Positions 31,236 through 40,632 of a stretch of 64,000 nucleotides of DNA are shown in pieces. The DNA is from a virus (Duplodnaviria; Caudoviricetes): IMG/VR virus record IMGVR_UViG_3300042975_000096; one strand, 5' to 3'. Within the stretch, counting starts at the first letter, position 1, and the number at the start of each line of letters is the position of its first letter. Position numbers and translations under genes: made by a program. Below the pieces are notes generated by a model. The model was given only the letters and a program-made list of their open reading frames with translations, did not search any database and was not told the origin of the DNA.

Positions 31236-31661
31236 TTACACGCCATAAATGGAAAAGATAATATGATATATGTATTCCATCTGCTTCATAGCATATTTAT
31301 CAAAAAACAAGAAATTTATAATTTTGTGTTCTTTTTGAAATGCAAGTACGTTTTTTATCATACAATATAACAATTGATTTCTATCAAACACTTCATTAAA
31401 TAAAAGCGAATCTAATTTCAAACAATTACTCTTATTTATAAAATTGGACATTCTTAGGTGTATGACAAATATATTATATGTAAAACAATGAAACAAGGTT
31501 AAATTCAATGTATAACTGTTTGTATCATATCCTTCTATAATTATAAAATTGATGTGTAAAAAAATAGATAGTTGATAATAAAAATAATGTTTTCTAAACA
31601 ACTCATTTCCCGAAAACGAAAATGTTCTTTCATCAAAAATACCCGTATCTAAAAAGTTCAT
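31236..31661 (-). CDS. FxxxG[ILV]-tail family protein
   Basis: Ends IIFSIYGV. Confidence 0.8.
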   Translation of the reverse strand: MNFLDTGIFDERTFSFSGNELFRKHYFYYQLSIFLHINFIIIEGYDTNSYTLNLTLFHCFTYNIFVIHLRMSNFINKSNCLKLDSLLFNEVFDRNQLLYCMIKNVLAFQKEHKIINFLFFDKYAMKQMEYIYHIIFSIYGV

Positions 31662-31666
31662 AATAA

Positions 31667-32113
31667 CTATATCCCTCTCGCCATAAATAAATGATGTCGC
31701 AATTCACAATTAATGTTATTCATTTTGTGGTGCTTTAATTGATTGATAATGCTATTTATATGACCTTTATTAACATCAGTTAACGAATACGTGCTTTTGG
31801 CAAATAAATATAAGGACATGAGTTGTTCAAGCCATGCATGAAAATCACATGATGGAACAAAAGAATCAATATTTCTATCTTCATTATCCATATACGTTTG
31901 CCTATATATCCAGTTGGTTTCTTCTCCGTCTATATACAACTTATATACAAAAGTTATCCTGTTTTGAGGTTCAAAATACATACATGTGTATCGCAATAAA
32001 TATTTTGTTTCTTCAAATTCAAATGAAACCTCAATTTTTATGATTTTCCCTGCTTCCATTACCCAATCATTATATCCATTTTTAACAGAAATCACAATGT
32101 TCATATATTTCAC
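31667..32113 (-). CDS. FxxxG[ILV]-tail family protein
   Basis: Ends HLFMARGI. Confidence 0.85.
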   Translation of the reverse strand: MKYMNIVISVKNGYNDWVMEAGKIIKIEVSFEFEETKYLLRYTCMYFEPQNRITFVYKLYIDGEETNWIYRQTYMDNEDRNIDSFVPSCDFHAWLEQLMSLYLFAKSTYSLTDVNKGHINSIINQLKHHKMNNINCELRHHLFMARGI

Positions 32114-32363
32114 CTCAAATCATTACATATTATATCATAAAAAAATGTAGTTGTAAATGATTTTTTATATAATGCTATACACTACTCTAACAATGTGCTT
32201 ATCAGTATATCTGACAATGGTATTTTATTATTGTAAAAACAAATAGAATAGTTTTACATGGACTTCTCACGTAATGTGCGCTCTATAGCCACAACGTGCG
32301 AATATTTTTGTATATTGTGCATGTAGGGAATACCTATCATTTGTACTAATGATATACACATGG

Positions 32364-32396
32364 TTATCCACACTTTTATCAACATATAGTGGATAA
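32364..32396. promoter_or_regulatory. cluster of three DnaA-box-like 9-mers
   Basis: TTATCCACA 32364-32372 (perfect), TTATCAACA 32376-32384, inverted AGTGGATAA 32388-32396. Confidence 0.6.
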
Positions 32397-32476
32397 CTTT
32401 TTATGATTTTTGATTTTTATTTATTCATTTTCAATACTTCTCTAAAAAAGCACTAGGTTTTATCCTAGTGCTTTTT

Positions 32477-33184
32477 TTATTTTATCAGCCTTTTCTTTGC
32501 AATCCGCTGAAACGTTTTATCGTTTCCATCATTTTCGTTGGAATATACTTTATCACAATGCGTTTGTTTCATGATGTCTTTTGCAATACTCTCAATCGAA
32601 TTTTCATTCCGTTCGGAAGTCTCTATAATGGCAACACCATTTTCAATTTTCCCCGTCACAAAATCATAATTATCTTTTTCCATCTTCTCATTACTCATTT
32701 TATCTTTTAATTCATTTAATAGTTTCAAGTGGTCAGAACAATGCTTTACTAATACTTGTCCACAATAATACACAAATCGATTATCTGTATCTTCATAGCT
32801 TTTATTCGTTTCTACAATATCCCCAACCTTATCATGCTTATCTTTTAATTGTTCATAGCAATCTTTATTCTTGCTATCCCAATATTCCATATCTTTTTTG
32901 AACTCCTGCATATAATCGTTTTCTTTCAGATATTCTTCCAATTGTTTTTCCGCTAAGATATGCAACCGTTCTTTTTCTTTTTCATCCGTACTTAATTCAT
33001 TTATTTTCGGATTGAAATAAATCTTTTCTGCCCGTTTCTTCAATACGTCCATGACTTCGTTTTCGCTTAAATCCGATGTCAGATTTCCATTCCCTATTTC
33101 TGCACATATCAATGATTTGATATTGATTCCTTCAATACAATCATTTAATGCCGATTCACTGTCTATTGCAATTAATCGTTTCAT
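32477..33184 (-). CDS. hypothetical protein (235 aa)
   Basis: ORF with RBS AAGGGG; starts MKRLIA and ends KKRLIK. Confidence 0.85.
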   Translation of the reverse strand: MKRLIAIDSESALNDCIEGINIKSLICAEIGNGNLTSDLSENEVMDVLKKRAEKIYFNPKINELSTDEKEKERLHILAEKQLEEYLKENDYMQEFKKDMEYWDSKNKDCYEQLKDKHDKVGDIVETNKSYEDTDNRFVYYCGQVLVKHCSDHLKLLNELKDKMSNEKMEKDNYDFVTGKIENGVAIIETSERNENSIESIAKDIMKQTHCDKVYSNENDGNDKTFQRIAKKRLIK

Positions 33185-33393
33185 TTGCCATTCCCCTTTA
33201 TTGTTTCGATATTCTGTCTGAAGCTATATTGCGCATTTTATCGATACATCTTTATAATATTCGTTTTCATTTTTATTATATCTTTTTATGCGCCTAAAAT
33301 AGCAATTGACAATATATCATTATGGCTATCATGTGCAGACGGTATTTATGGCGCATTTTGACTGCTTTTGTTATTAGACTTGTCTAGTTCTCC

Positions 33394-33580
33394 AAAAAAA
33401 GCCTTAAAATTTTTTTTAAAAAATTTTTGAAATGAGATTTCTTGAATCCTGTTTTTTGTTTTTGCCATAAATACCATTCGCACATGATTGCCTATATTCC
33501 TATTCCTGTTAATGCATTGCATCTGAAAAAAAGCCTTAAAATTTTTTTTAAAAAATTTTTGAAATGAGATTTCTTGAATC
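33394..33580. repeat. 55-bp perfect direct repeat, two copies
   Basis: AAAAAAAGCCTTAAAATTTTTTTTAAAAAATTTTTGAAATGAGATTTCTTGAATC at 33394-33448 and 33526-33580. Confidence 0.9.
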
Positions 33581-34023
33581 TCGTTTTTCGTTTCGCCCAT
33601 AATTCCCATTCAGATTGCCATCAGAAGCCCACATTCGCCCCACAAGCCCGTTAATTGTATTGCCCTATACAAGTGTATGCCCTGTACCAATTCATGCCCC
33701 GTATGCCCCTTATATTTCATGCCCTATATCCCCAAAATCAAGTGAATATCCTACTCTCTCTAGGTGATTATCAGAAAAAGGGTAAAAAATTATATGTGAT
33801 TTTTGAGCGATGGGTCCAGGATAGGGGGGTCAAAATAGGCATAGTTTGGTGGTTTTGAAATAATGCACGGTCTGTGATATATAAACAAATAAAAAATAAA
33901 ACGATAATAGATTTCAGACTATTCTAAAACAATAAGCACACGAAGTTTTCAGACTATTTTGAAATCTTATGGCAATAAAAAATCATCGTAGTATATTTGT
34001 ACTACGATGATAAACAAACACGC

Positions 34024-34516
34024 TTAAAGATTATATTCTTTAATATATTTATTTGCAACAGCTTGCCAATCTGCCCGTTTAGATTCAACAAAAGATTTTA
34101 CGTATTCAATTTTTTCTTCTTTTGTTTCGAGCTGTTTCACCTGCATTATATAAGGCAATTGCTTCTTTTGTAGAAATATGAAAATGATTTGCAATAACAG
34201 CAAAGGAATATTTCTTATCGTGTTCGATATAATACACACCATTTTCCACGGCATAAGCAGGAGAACCATCAAGTTTGCAAAGGTGCAAATCACAAAGCTC
34301 TTTATATTTAGGAAATGCTTTTACGAACCTGTCTGCAATAGCACCACTGTAAATCGAACCACGTCTATCCGGTGTACCCTTTTTTGTTAAACGGCGCACA
34401 TTTCCTGTAATAGAGAAATAACGATGTTTATTTTCATTACCATGGATTGTAACATTCACATTATAAGCCAATTTGTTTTTATAGTCAATTTCTTCAATCC
34501 TTGCAATCTTACTCAT
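34024..34516 (-). pseudogene. conserved phage hypothetical gene split by a frameshift near 34130
   Basis: 34106..34516 (SGAI...LHLC..DG.P.YAVENG.Y) continues naturally in the 34024 frame (ETKEEKIEYVKSFVESKRADWQ...YNL). Confidence 0.6.
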
Positions 34517-34656
34517 TTTAATTACCTCTTTCGCTTAACTCTCTCTTAACTCTATACATATAATACCATAATATTATGTATTTGTCAATGAGTTTTTTAA
34601 ATTATTTTATGATGGGAATTTATACTCAAAATATTCTGAAACATTTTAAGGACAAT

Positions 34657-34694
34657 AAAAAAGACTAAGGGAAAGACTCCCTTAGTCTTTTTTT
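34657..34694. terminator. intrinsic terminator
   Basis: AAAAAAGACTAAGGGA-AAGAC-TCCCTTAGTCTTTTTT; representative of ~25 similar hairpins that end the cassettes in 34-64 kb. Confidence 0.85.
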
Positions 34695-34730
34695 AACGTC
34701 TTATATTCTGCCAATATAGTTGACTTGATT

Positions 34731-34955
34731 CTATCTGATAACCATATTAGGCGTTTCGTTTTCATTCACCGCGAAAGAACCTGTAAAAGTAACTGCGTGT
34801 TCGTCCTTATATAATTCGCTATATAAATCGTCCTCACAAAATTCATTTTTAATAATCTTATCGTTAATGGAGGTCGAGAGTTCTTTAATCTTACCATTTG
34901 CTAATGAAGCATACACATGTAGACGATTCACTTTATCGTTTACATGTTCATCCAC
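34731..34955 (-). pseudogene. probable 5'-truncated gene fragment
   Basis: Protein-like sequence but no RBS or promoter; abuts a plus-strand fragment. Confidence 0.4.
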
Positions 34956-35144
34956 TTTTATTTCTTCAAATCGGTGATATGCTTTGAAGCAGATTCTAAA
35001 AAAGTTTGTGAAAAAATGAAAGGCTATGGCAAACTTAAGATTGCTAATATGCTAGCTGAAAAAGTAGTCGATGAATTATTTCCAGACTCTCCAGAAAGAG
35101 ATGAACTAATTGACACCGCAGTTGATATGTACCTTAATAACTAA
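34944..35144 (+). pseudogene. probable 5'-truncated plus-strand gene fragment
   Basis: Protein-like C-terminus (ANMLAEKVVDELFPDSPERDELIDTAVDMYLNN) followed by a bidirectional terminator at 35154-35190. Confidence 0.4.
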
Positions 35145-35209
35145 TGAATGAATAAAAAAAAGAGATATACTTAAATGTATATCTCTTTTTAACAAACAAT
35201 TATTGTTAA

Positions 35210-35539
35210 TTATTTATTAAAAATATCTTCCTCAATCTTATTCATAAGAGTACCATTGTCGTCTGTATATTCTGGAATTCCATTCTGGTCACAAAACTGT
35301 TTAATAGTCTTATATAAATTTGCTGACATACATGCTTTTATTGCTTCGTCAATCATCTGGGATAAGTCCATATTACTTGCTTCGGCTAGACTTGAGTTAT
35401 TAATTCTAGTTGCTACTTTATCAGCGACAGTTTTCTTAATTTCATCATAATAAGTATCACAGAACATTTCGCTACATCCATTAATAATCTGGTCTTCGCT
35501 CATATCAGCGGCAATTCTTCTAAGTAATCTATTCGTCAT
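35210..35539 (-). CDS. hypothetical acidic protein
   Basis: RBS AGGAG; starts MTNRLLRRIAAD. Confidence 0.8.
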   Translation of the reverse strand: MTNRLLRRIAADMSEDQIINGCSEMFCDTYYDEIKKTVADKVATRINNSSLAEASNMDLSQMIDEAIKACMSANLYKTIKQFCDQNGIPEYTDDNGTLMNKIEEDIFNK

Positions 35540-35706
35540 TTTTTTTCTCCTATAACTTTAATTTATTCTTTTTAAAAACTATGTCCTATATTAGGTATCT
35601 ATACATAATATAGAACAGTTATTCATTTTATATAACATATAAATAAATTATTTTTATTTTTAATAGTGTTTAATTTATATTACAAATATAAAAAATATTT
35701 AGTTGT

Positions 35707-35982
35707 TTATTTATTAAATGTAATGTGTTCTAAAGGAGACATTCCGTACTGTTTACGCATTTCATTTATTTGTTTCCAAATATCTTTATCTTTTTTCTTG
35801 TCGTTTGCTAATGAAGATATAAGATTACGATATTTCTTCGTTTTAATCATTTCTTTATATCGTTTTTGTGTTACATTAATCAAAGAATTGTATATTTTTC
35901 TTCCGATTTCAAATCGTTTGTCTAACATATCTTCTTGATATTTTTCAGTTTTTAAAAGAAATTGAACCACAAAATTTGCCAT
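35707..35982 (-). pseudogene. tnpB: truncated TnpB (N-terminal fragment)
   Basis: MANFVVQFLLKTEKYQEDMLDKRFEIGRKIYNSL resembles clostridial IS605 OrfB N-termini; no RuvC or Zn finger. Confidence 0.75.
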
Positions 35983-36020
35983 AAATATTCACCTCACTTT
36001 GCTATAATATTATTCACTTT

Positions 36021-36422
36021 TTAATATCTCTTTTTCTGATTTTCAACATATTGTTTAATCGTTTCACTACAAACATTTCCAGCAGTTGAAACAAAATAAC
36101 TTCTAGTCCATAGACTGGGCATCTTTGATAATTGCTTAAATTCTTCTCTAAGAATTTTGCTTGTATATCCTTTAATCTGTTGCATAATATTCGATGGACT
36201 TTGAGTAGGCAAACAATTTAAGAACATATGAGAGTGGTCTTTATCACATTCTATTGCTATGATTTCAATTCCTAACTCCTGACATTTTAATTTGACCAGT
36301 TCTTTAAATCGTTGTTCTACTTTAGGTATCAGAAAAATTTTCCTTCTGTATCTTGGACAAAACACAAAATGATAATTTATCAAAGATACAGTTGTATTGG
36401 TATGTCTATAATTATTTTCCAT
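36021..36422 (-). CDS. tnpA: IS200/IS605 Y1 (HUH) transposase
   Basis: YHFVFCPRYRRKIF, DHSH HUH motif, IKGYTS, LWTRSYFVSTAG, IKQYVENQ; promoter position implies a leaderless mRNA. Confidence 0.96.
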   Translation of the reverse strand: MENNYRHTNTTVSLINYHFVFCPRYRRKIFLIPKVEQRFKELVKLKCQELGIEIIAIECDKDHSHMFLNCLPTQSPSNIMQQIKGYTSKILREEFKQLSKMPSLWTRSYFVSTAGNVCSETIKQYVENQKKRY

Positions 36423-36577
36423 ACTTATAGTATATCATATCGTGTGTATGTTGTCAATATGTTTATACATATATTCATCTAATTTTCTATGTATTGTGTG
36501 CTATCCATCCCACACCTAAAGGAGTGGGCTTTTCGCACTTAAATTGTAAACTTTAATTTAATATATTCTGAAAACAT

Positions 36578-36781
36578 TTAAGCTGTTATGAAAATGATTT
36601 TCAACGCACTTTGAATTATCATCCATGCTGAACCTGAAAACCCTGCAATAATCATAATCGCAAGCAACGGGTTTATGTCTTGTTTATCTTTGCATTTATG
36701 ATATTTGTAACAACAATATATAAGCAAAAATACGCCACTAATTAAGACTGCGAATAATTCATTAATGTTATATTCGTCCAT
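36578..36781 (-). CDS. small 2-TM membrane protein
   Basis: Hydrophobic; paralog of 36805..37002 (K.KD..D/NP.LAIMI..G..GSA). Confidence 0.75.
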   Translation of the reverse strand: MDEYNINELFAVLISGVFLLIYCCYKYHKCKDKQDINPLLAIMIIAGFSGSAWMIIQSALKIIFITA

Positions 36782-36804
36782 ATTTTGTTCCTTTCATTCG
36801 TGTG

Positions 36805-37002
36805 TTATATTTGGATAATATGTACCACACAAGAAATCAATAAAATTGCCGAGCCAAACATCCCCACACATATCATAATTGCTAATTGTGGGTCTGTACC
36901 GTCTTTGTCTTTATATTTGATGAAGTTGCAAAAGCAATACAAAAACATTACCACGCCAATAGTAAGCATAATTAACCATTGATTCATTTCTGAAATATTC
37001 AT
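36805..37002 (-). CDS. small 2-TM membrane protein
   Basis: Paralog of 36578..36781. Confidence 0.75.
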   Translation of the reverse strand: MNISEMNQWLIMLTIGVVMFLYCFCNFIKYKDKDGTDPQLAIMICVGMFGSAILLISCVVHIIQI

Positions 37003-37017
37003 ACTTTATACCTTTCA

Positions 37018-37290
37018 TTAATACATTTTATACCAACATGATTCTATTCTGAATATCTTTTTTGATTTCATCATAGTTGTATAACTACAATGAATATATC
37101 CTTCTTTCAATACTTCTTTTGGTGGATTGTTAAATATATTCATTTCATTGACAATATACCATTCTAGTTTTGCAAGTGCATCCGCTTTCGTAGCAAACTG
37201 TTCAATAAATGGTTCATCATCCTCATAGACTTGATGGGTTGTGTAAATGTAATATTTCGTTGTTTGTGCTACATTGTTATTCCGTTGCAT
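37018..37290 (-). CDS. hypothetical protein
   Basis: RBS AAGGTGA. Confidence 0.75.
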   Translation of the reverse strand: MQRNNNVAQTTKYYIYTTHQVYEDDEPFIEQFATKADALAKLEWYIVNEMNIFNNPPKEVLKEGYIHCSYTTMMKSKKIFRIESCWYKMY

Positions 37291-37305
37291 AATGAACTCA
37301 CCTTT

Positions 37306-37533
37306 TTATTTATCTTTATTGTCAAGAATAACTATTGCATTTTTAATTGCGTTTTTAATTAGCTCATTGAATGGACTATTTGATTCCTTTGAATCGGCAT
37401 TTACATTAACTGTAATATTTACTGTTTTCTGTACAGATTGGTTTTCTGTTGGCTGATTGTTACCATACCGATTAATGTTATGTGACTTACAATATCTAAT
37501 GTAGCTTGCGTTTGGCGGTTCATTACGAATCAT
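37306..37533 (-). CDS. hypothetical protein
   Basis: RBS GAGGGAG; promoter upstream. Confidence 0.7.
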   Translation of the reverse strand: MIRNEPPNASYIRYCKSHNINRYGNNQPTENQSVQKTVNITVNVNADSKESNSPFNELIKNAIKNAIVILDNKDK

Positions 37534-37584
37534 TTTTATTCAACTCCCTCTATTTATCTTATGCTATTATTATATCATTGTTTT

Positions 37585-37779
37585 TTATTTTGTCAATGAT
37601 TTCTTACTCATAATTCCGCACCATAATAAACAATATGCTTTGCTGATGTTCTTTTTTCTAAAGTGCTCAAATGGATAAACGTTTGTGTATTCCTCACAAC
37701 TATAGTACCATGTGTCCCAGAACAACTCCATATCAATTTGTAATTTCGTTCGTTTGTTTAGAGATTTATATCGAATCAT
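37585..37779 (-). CDS. hypothetical protein
   Basis: Short ORF with RBS GGTGA. Confidence 0.5.
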   Translation of the reverse strand: MIRYKSLNKRTKLQIDMELFWDTWYYSCEEYTNVYPFEHFRKKNISKAYCLLWCGIMSKKSLTK

Positions 37780-37861
37780 CTTATCACCATTTTTCAGAAT
37801 ATTATAAAATATTATTTATTCAATGAAATTCGGCAATATTTAGTTATTGCCGAATTTTGAT

Positions 37862-38059
37862 TTAGTGCTCATTGTTACATTCACATTCATATTCACGTTC
37901 AGATTGATTACACGCTCTTGACGTTGGGTCTTTAACTGGGGCTACATTATATATGCAACGACCATTATCTTGATACAAGCAACCACCATATTCAGTACAA
38001 GCAAACGTATCTTTTCCAAATCTATCTACATTCTTAAAATAAGATTCATTTAATATCAT
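37862..38059 (-). CDS. small Cys-rich protein
   Basis: Multiple Cys residues; terminator follows. Confidence 0.65.
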   Translation of the reverse strand: MILNESYFKNVDRFGKDTFACTEYGGCLYQDNGRCIYNVAPVKDPTSRACNQSEREYECECNNEH

Positions 38060-38255
38060 ATTTTAGCACTTCCATTTCTCTTTCGTCACGGTCTGCAACA
38101 TTAATTACAACGTCGTTATTATCAAATCCGTTTTCAATCAAAAACTCATGGATTGCATTTTCCAATCTGGATTCTCCCAAACTACTTCTCATGAAGTGAC
38201 CGAGTTTCAAATACTGAATGTCATTATCATTAAAAATATCAAGTTCGATTTTCAT
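38046..38255 (-). CDS. hypothetical protein
   Basis: RBS GAAGGA. Confidence 0.7.
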   Translation of the reverse strand: MKIELDIFNDNDIQYLKLGHFMRSSLGESRLENAIHEFLIENGFDNNDVVINVADRDEREMEVLKYDIK

Positions 38256-38273
38256 TTTATTGTCCTTCTTTCA

Positions 38274-38618
38274 TTACAACAAATTATAAAACTGTGAATT
38301 AAACATTTTAGGATAACCGTTTCGTTCTCCTGCTCGATATGCTTCATTCTGCAAATAAAAAGCCATGTCCATTCCACAACCATGAACGATTACACAACCG
38401 TTCGTAGTTTTTGCCGTAGAGTGCTTCATGTGAACAAAATCAGCTACCATTTGAGAAATATCATTGCCATTAATAAAACAACGAAAATAACGGCTGTCAT
38501 TACCATTGCCATATCTATCTTTTACAATTCGTTCTAAGGAAAGTGTTAACCGTGTTTCTTTATCCAAAAGGTCATGCTCTTTCATCCAATCAATCAACAT
38601 TCTAATTACCTCTTTCAT
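38274..38618 (-). CDS. conserved phage hypothetical protein (GCGMDM motif)
   Basis: VHGCGMDMAFYL motif. Confidence 0.8.
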   Translation of the reverse strand: MKEVIRMLIDWMKEHDLLDKETRLTLSLERIVKDRYGNGNDSRYFRCFINGNDISQMVADFVHMKHSTAKTTNGCVIVHGCGMDMAFYLQNEAYRAGERNGYPKMFNSQFYNLL

Positions 38619-38680
38619 TTAACTCTCTCTTAACTCTGTATATATAATACCATATTTTTATTTATTTGTCAATAGTTTTT

Positions 38681-38923
38681 TTAGCTTCTTTTTAACTTCA
38701 TGTATTCCTTCTTCAATTCGTTAAAATCGTCTTTATCGTCAACATCAATCATATATAATAAATCTTCACCACTATTAAATCCTGCGGTATTATAGCCAAG
38801 CTGTTCAAGTCCTTTAATAACATTGTTTAGCTTTTTTACTTCTGATTCCTTCTTGATAGTAATAATTGCAACAGGTGTAGGATATTCATTTTTACCCTCA
38901 TACGATATTTTCATTTCAACCAC
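38681..38923 (-). CDS. hypothetical protein
   Basis: Cassette gene with promoter. Confidence 0.75.
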   Translation of the reverse strand: MVEMKISYEGKNEYPTPVAIITIKKESEVKKLNNVIKGLEQLGYNTAGFNSGEDLLYMIDVDDKDDFNELKKEYMKLKRS

Positions 38924-39086
38924 TCCTTCTCTTAACTCTATAATTATAATATCATATAATTAAAAAAATGTCAAGTATTTTTTTGCACAATCATTCAATT
39001 TTAGAATAATCTGAAAACATATAAGACAATAAAAAAGCAAGTCTATTAAATAGACTTGCTTTCTAAAATCATCAACTCATAGCTTT

Positions 39087-39854
39087 TTAAATTACATCTT
39101 TCATATCCGAACAATGATGCTTTTTCAAAAAGGCTACAAGTTCTGCTGGTAATGAAAGGAAAAGTTTCTTTTTCCTTTCTTCCCAACTTTCGTCATTAGA
39201 ATGTTGCGTGTAATTCAAATACGAAAAATCAGTTTCATAACCATCGCCGTATTTATTCTGTTTCAAAATTGGAATCATTTCATGCAAAAACTCTTTGCAT
39301 TTTGCATGTTCGGTATCAACAGCAACATTGAGTCCTGAATATGCAAAAACACCAAAATAATCGCGCTGTTCCTCTTTGAATGATTCGAAATCAAAAAATA
39401 CAGGCATGGTAATATCAAACGTGTTGAATCTTGTTTTTTCGTTGATTGTATCTGCCGACACCAACATACCTGTTTCTTCATGCCATGCAACCAGCTTACA
39501 TTCATTGTGTGAAGTCTTATCCCACTTATAATTTGGCGTATGAATAAAGTCAAACGTTGTCATTTTGAAGCCAAACTTCTTCAAAACTGCCATTGCTTCA
39601 TTTAAATCAATTCCTGCATATAAATCATATGCAAAAACCCGTTCAACGTCAGCAACTAAACAGTTTTTCTTGGGATTCATAGTGGCGTTTTTAATTCGAT
39701 AAAATCCGCTATGAGTAACAGAATTTGAAGATACCGCCGTTCCGTCAGGCAAATGTCCTAAGAAAATGGTATCACCTGTACGAAAACATGATTGCACAAA
39801 ATCAATATAGCTTTCCTGAAATAAAACAATGTTGTCAGCATAATTCTTTGTCAT
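39087..39854 (-). CDS. hypothetical protein; paralog of 41625..42371
   Basis: AYDLY..I.L.E, AW..ETG.L.SADT...KTRFN shared. Confidence 0.85.
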   Translation of the reverse strand: MTKNYADNIVLFQESYIDFVQSCFRTGDTIFLGHLPDGTAVSSNSVTHSGFYRIKNATMNPKKNCLVADVERVFAYDLYAGIDLNEAMAVLKKFGFKMTTFDFIHTPNYKWDKTSHNECKLVAWHEETGMLVSADTINEKTRFNTFDITMPVFFDFESFKEEQRDYFGVFAYSGLNVAVDTEHAKCKEFLHEMIPILKQNKYGDGYETDFSYLNYTQHSNDESWEERKKKLFLSLPAELVAFLKKHHCSDMKDVI

Positions 39855-40014
39855 GATAGGCTCTCCTTTAACTCTTAATTAACTCTGTATATATAATATC
39901 ACAATTAAATAAAAATGTCAATATATTTTTAAAAAGTATATTGATGAATCATTTTAGAATAATCTGAAAACTTTTAACGATGAAAATAAAAAAGGGGGAG
40001 TTGCCCCCATACAA

Positions 40015-40632
40015 TCAATCAATCGTGCTAAGATAACCATTAGAATCGGCATAAACCAATTTTGTTCCTTTGTTAAAAAGTTTGTGCGCATTGTCGATTT
40101 CATACATAGAAACCACATGCCCTTTTAATTCAATCGTATAGCTGAATTTATTATTAAACTCTGAATATGTGACGGGAACAACAAACGCAAGTTTTTTCGT
40201 TCTATCCTCTACTCTATCCAATGCCATAATCTGTTCTTTTGTTCTTGCTTTTTTGCGTTCCACATTGATTTCAGAAAAAGTTTTCTTCTGACAATTCTTC
40301 AAACATTTCACAAGTTCGTCAGTTTTTCCGATATGATAAATATATTCTTCTTTTACGTCCAAAAGTGCCATTTTGTTATTGGAGTGTGGAGTACGAAAAC
40401 CGATTTTTTTCAAATCAGCTTCCATTGCCCTTTCTACTTCTTTCCTAACGTCTGCATTTGAAAAATGAAACATTGTTTCGCCACCCCATGAATCGGAAAT
40501 AAATGAACCAACCTTTTTATTGTTCAGATAGATATTACCTTGCGGAATCATATATCCTTCATGGTCTGGGAAATATTTCAACGATTTAATGGAAACGTTG
40601 GACTGATATGTAATCTGATACATGATAATCAC
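40015..40632 (-). CDS. hypothetical phage protein
   Basis: QGNIYLNNKKVG.F..DSWGG motif; cassette gene. Confidence 0.85.
   Translation of the reverse strand: MIIMYQITYQSNVSIKSLKYFPDHEGYMIPQGNIYLNNKKVGSFISDSWGGETMFHFSNADVRKEVERAMEADLKKIGFRTPHSNNKMALLDVKEEYIYHIGKTDELVKCLKNCQKKTFSEINVERKKARTKEQIMALDRVEDRTKKLAFVVPVTYSEFNNKFSYTIELKGHVVSMYEIDNAHKLFNKGTKLVYADSNGYLSTID

Larger units (their letters stand above)
35707..36540 (-). mobile_element. IS200/IS605-family element with a truncated 3' end
   Basis: tnpA plus 5' part of tnpB; subterminal hairpin CCCACACCTAAAGGAGTGGG at 36509-36528; exact ends uncertain. Confidence 0.85.

Noticed and set aside
1637-32113. G-[ILV]-stop ending as a mere by-product of overlapping Shine-Dalgarno sequences
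   Set aside because: This cannot explain the conserved Phe, the aliphatic last residue, the Ala variants, or the presence of the tail at operon ends and where the RBS follows the stop. It may contribute but is insufficient.
33346-33609. 87-aa ORF with duplicated IQEISFQKFFKKNFKAFF
   Set aside because: It simply translates the 55-bp A/T-tract DNA repeat; no RBS.
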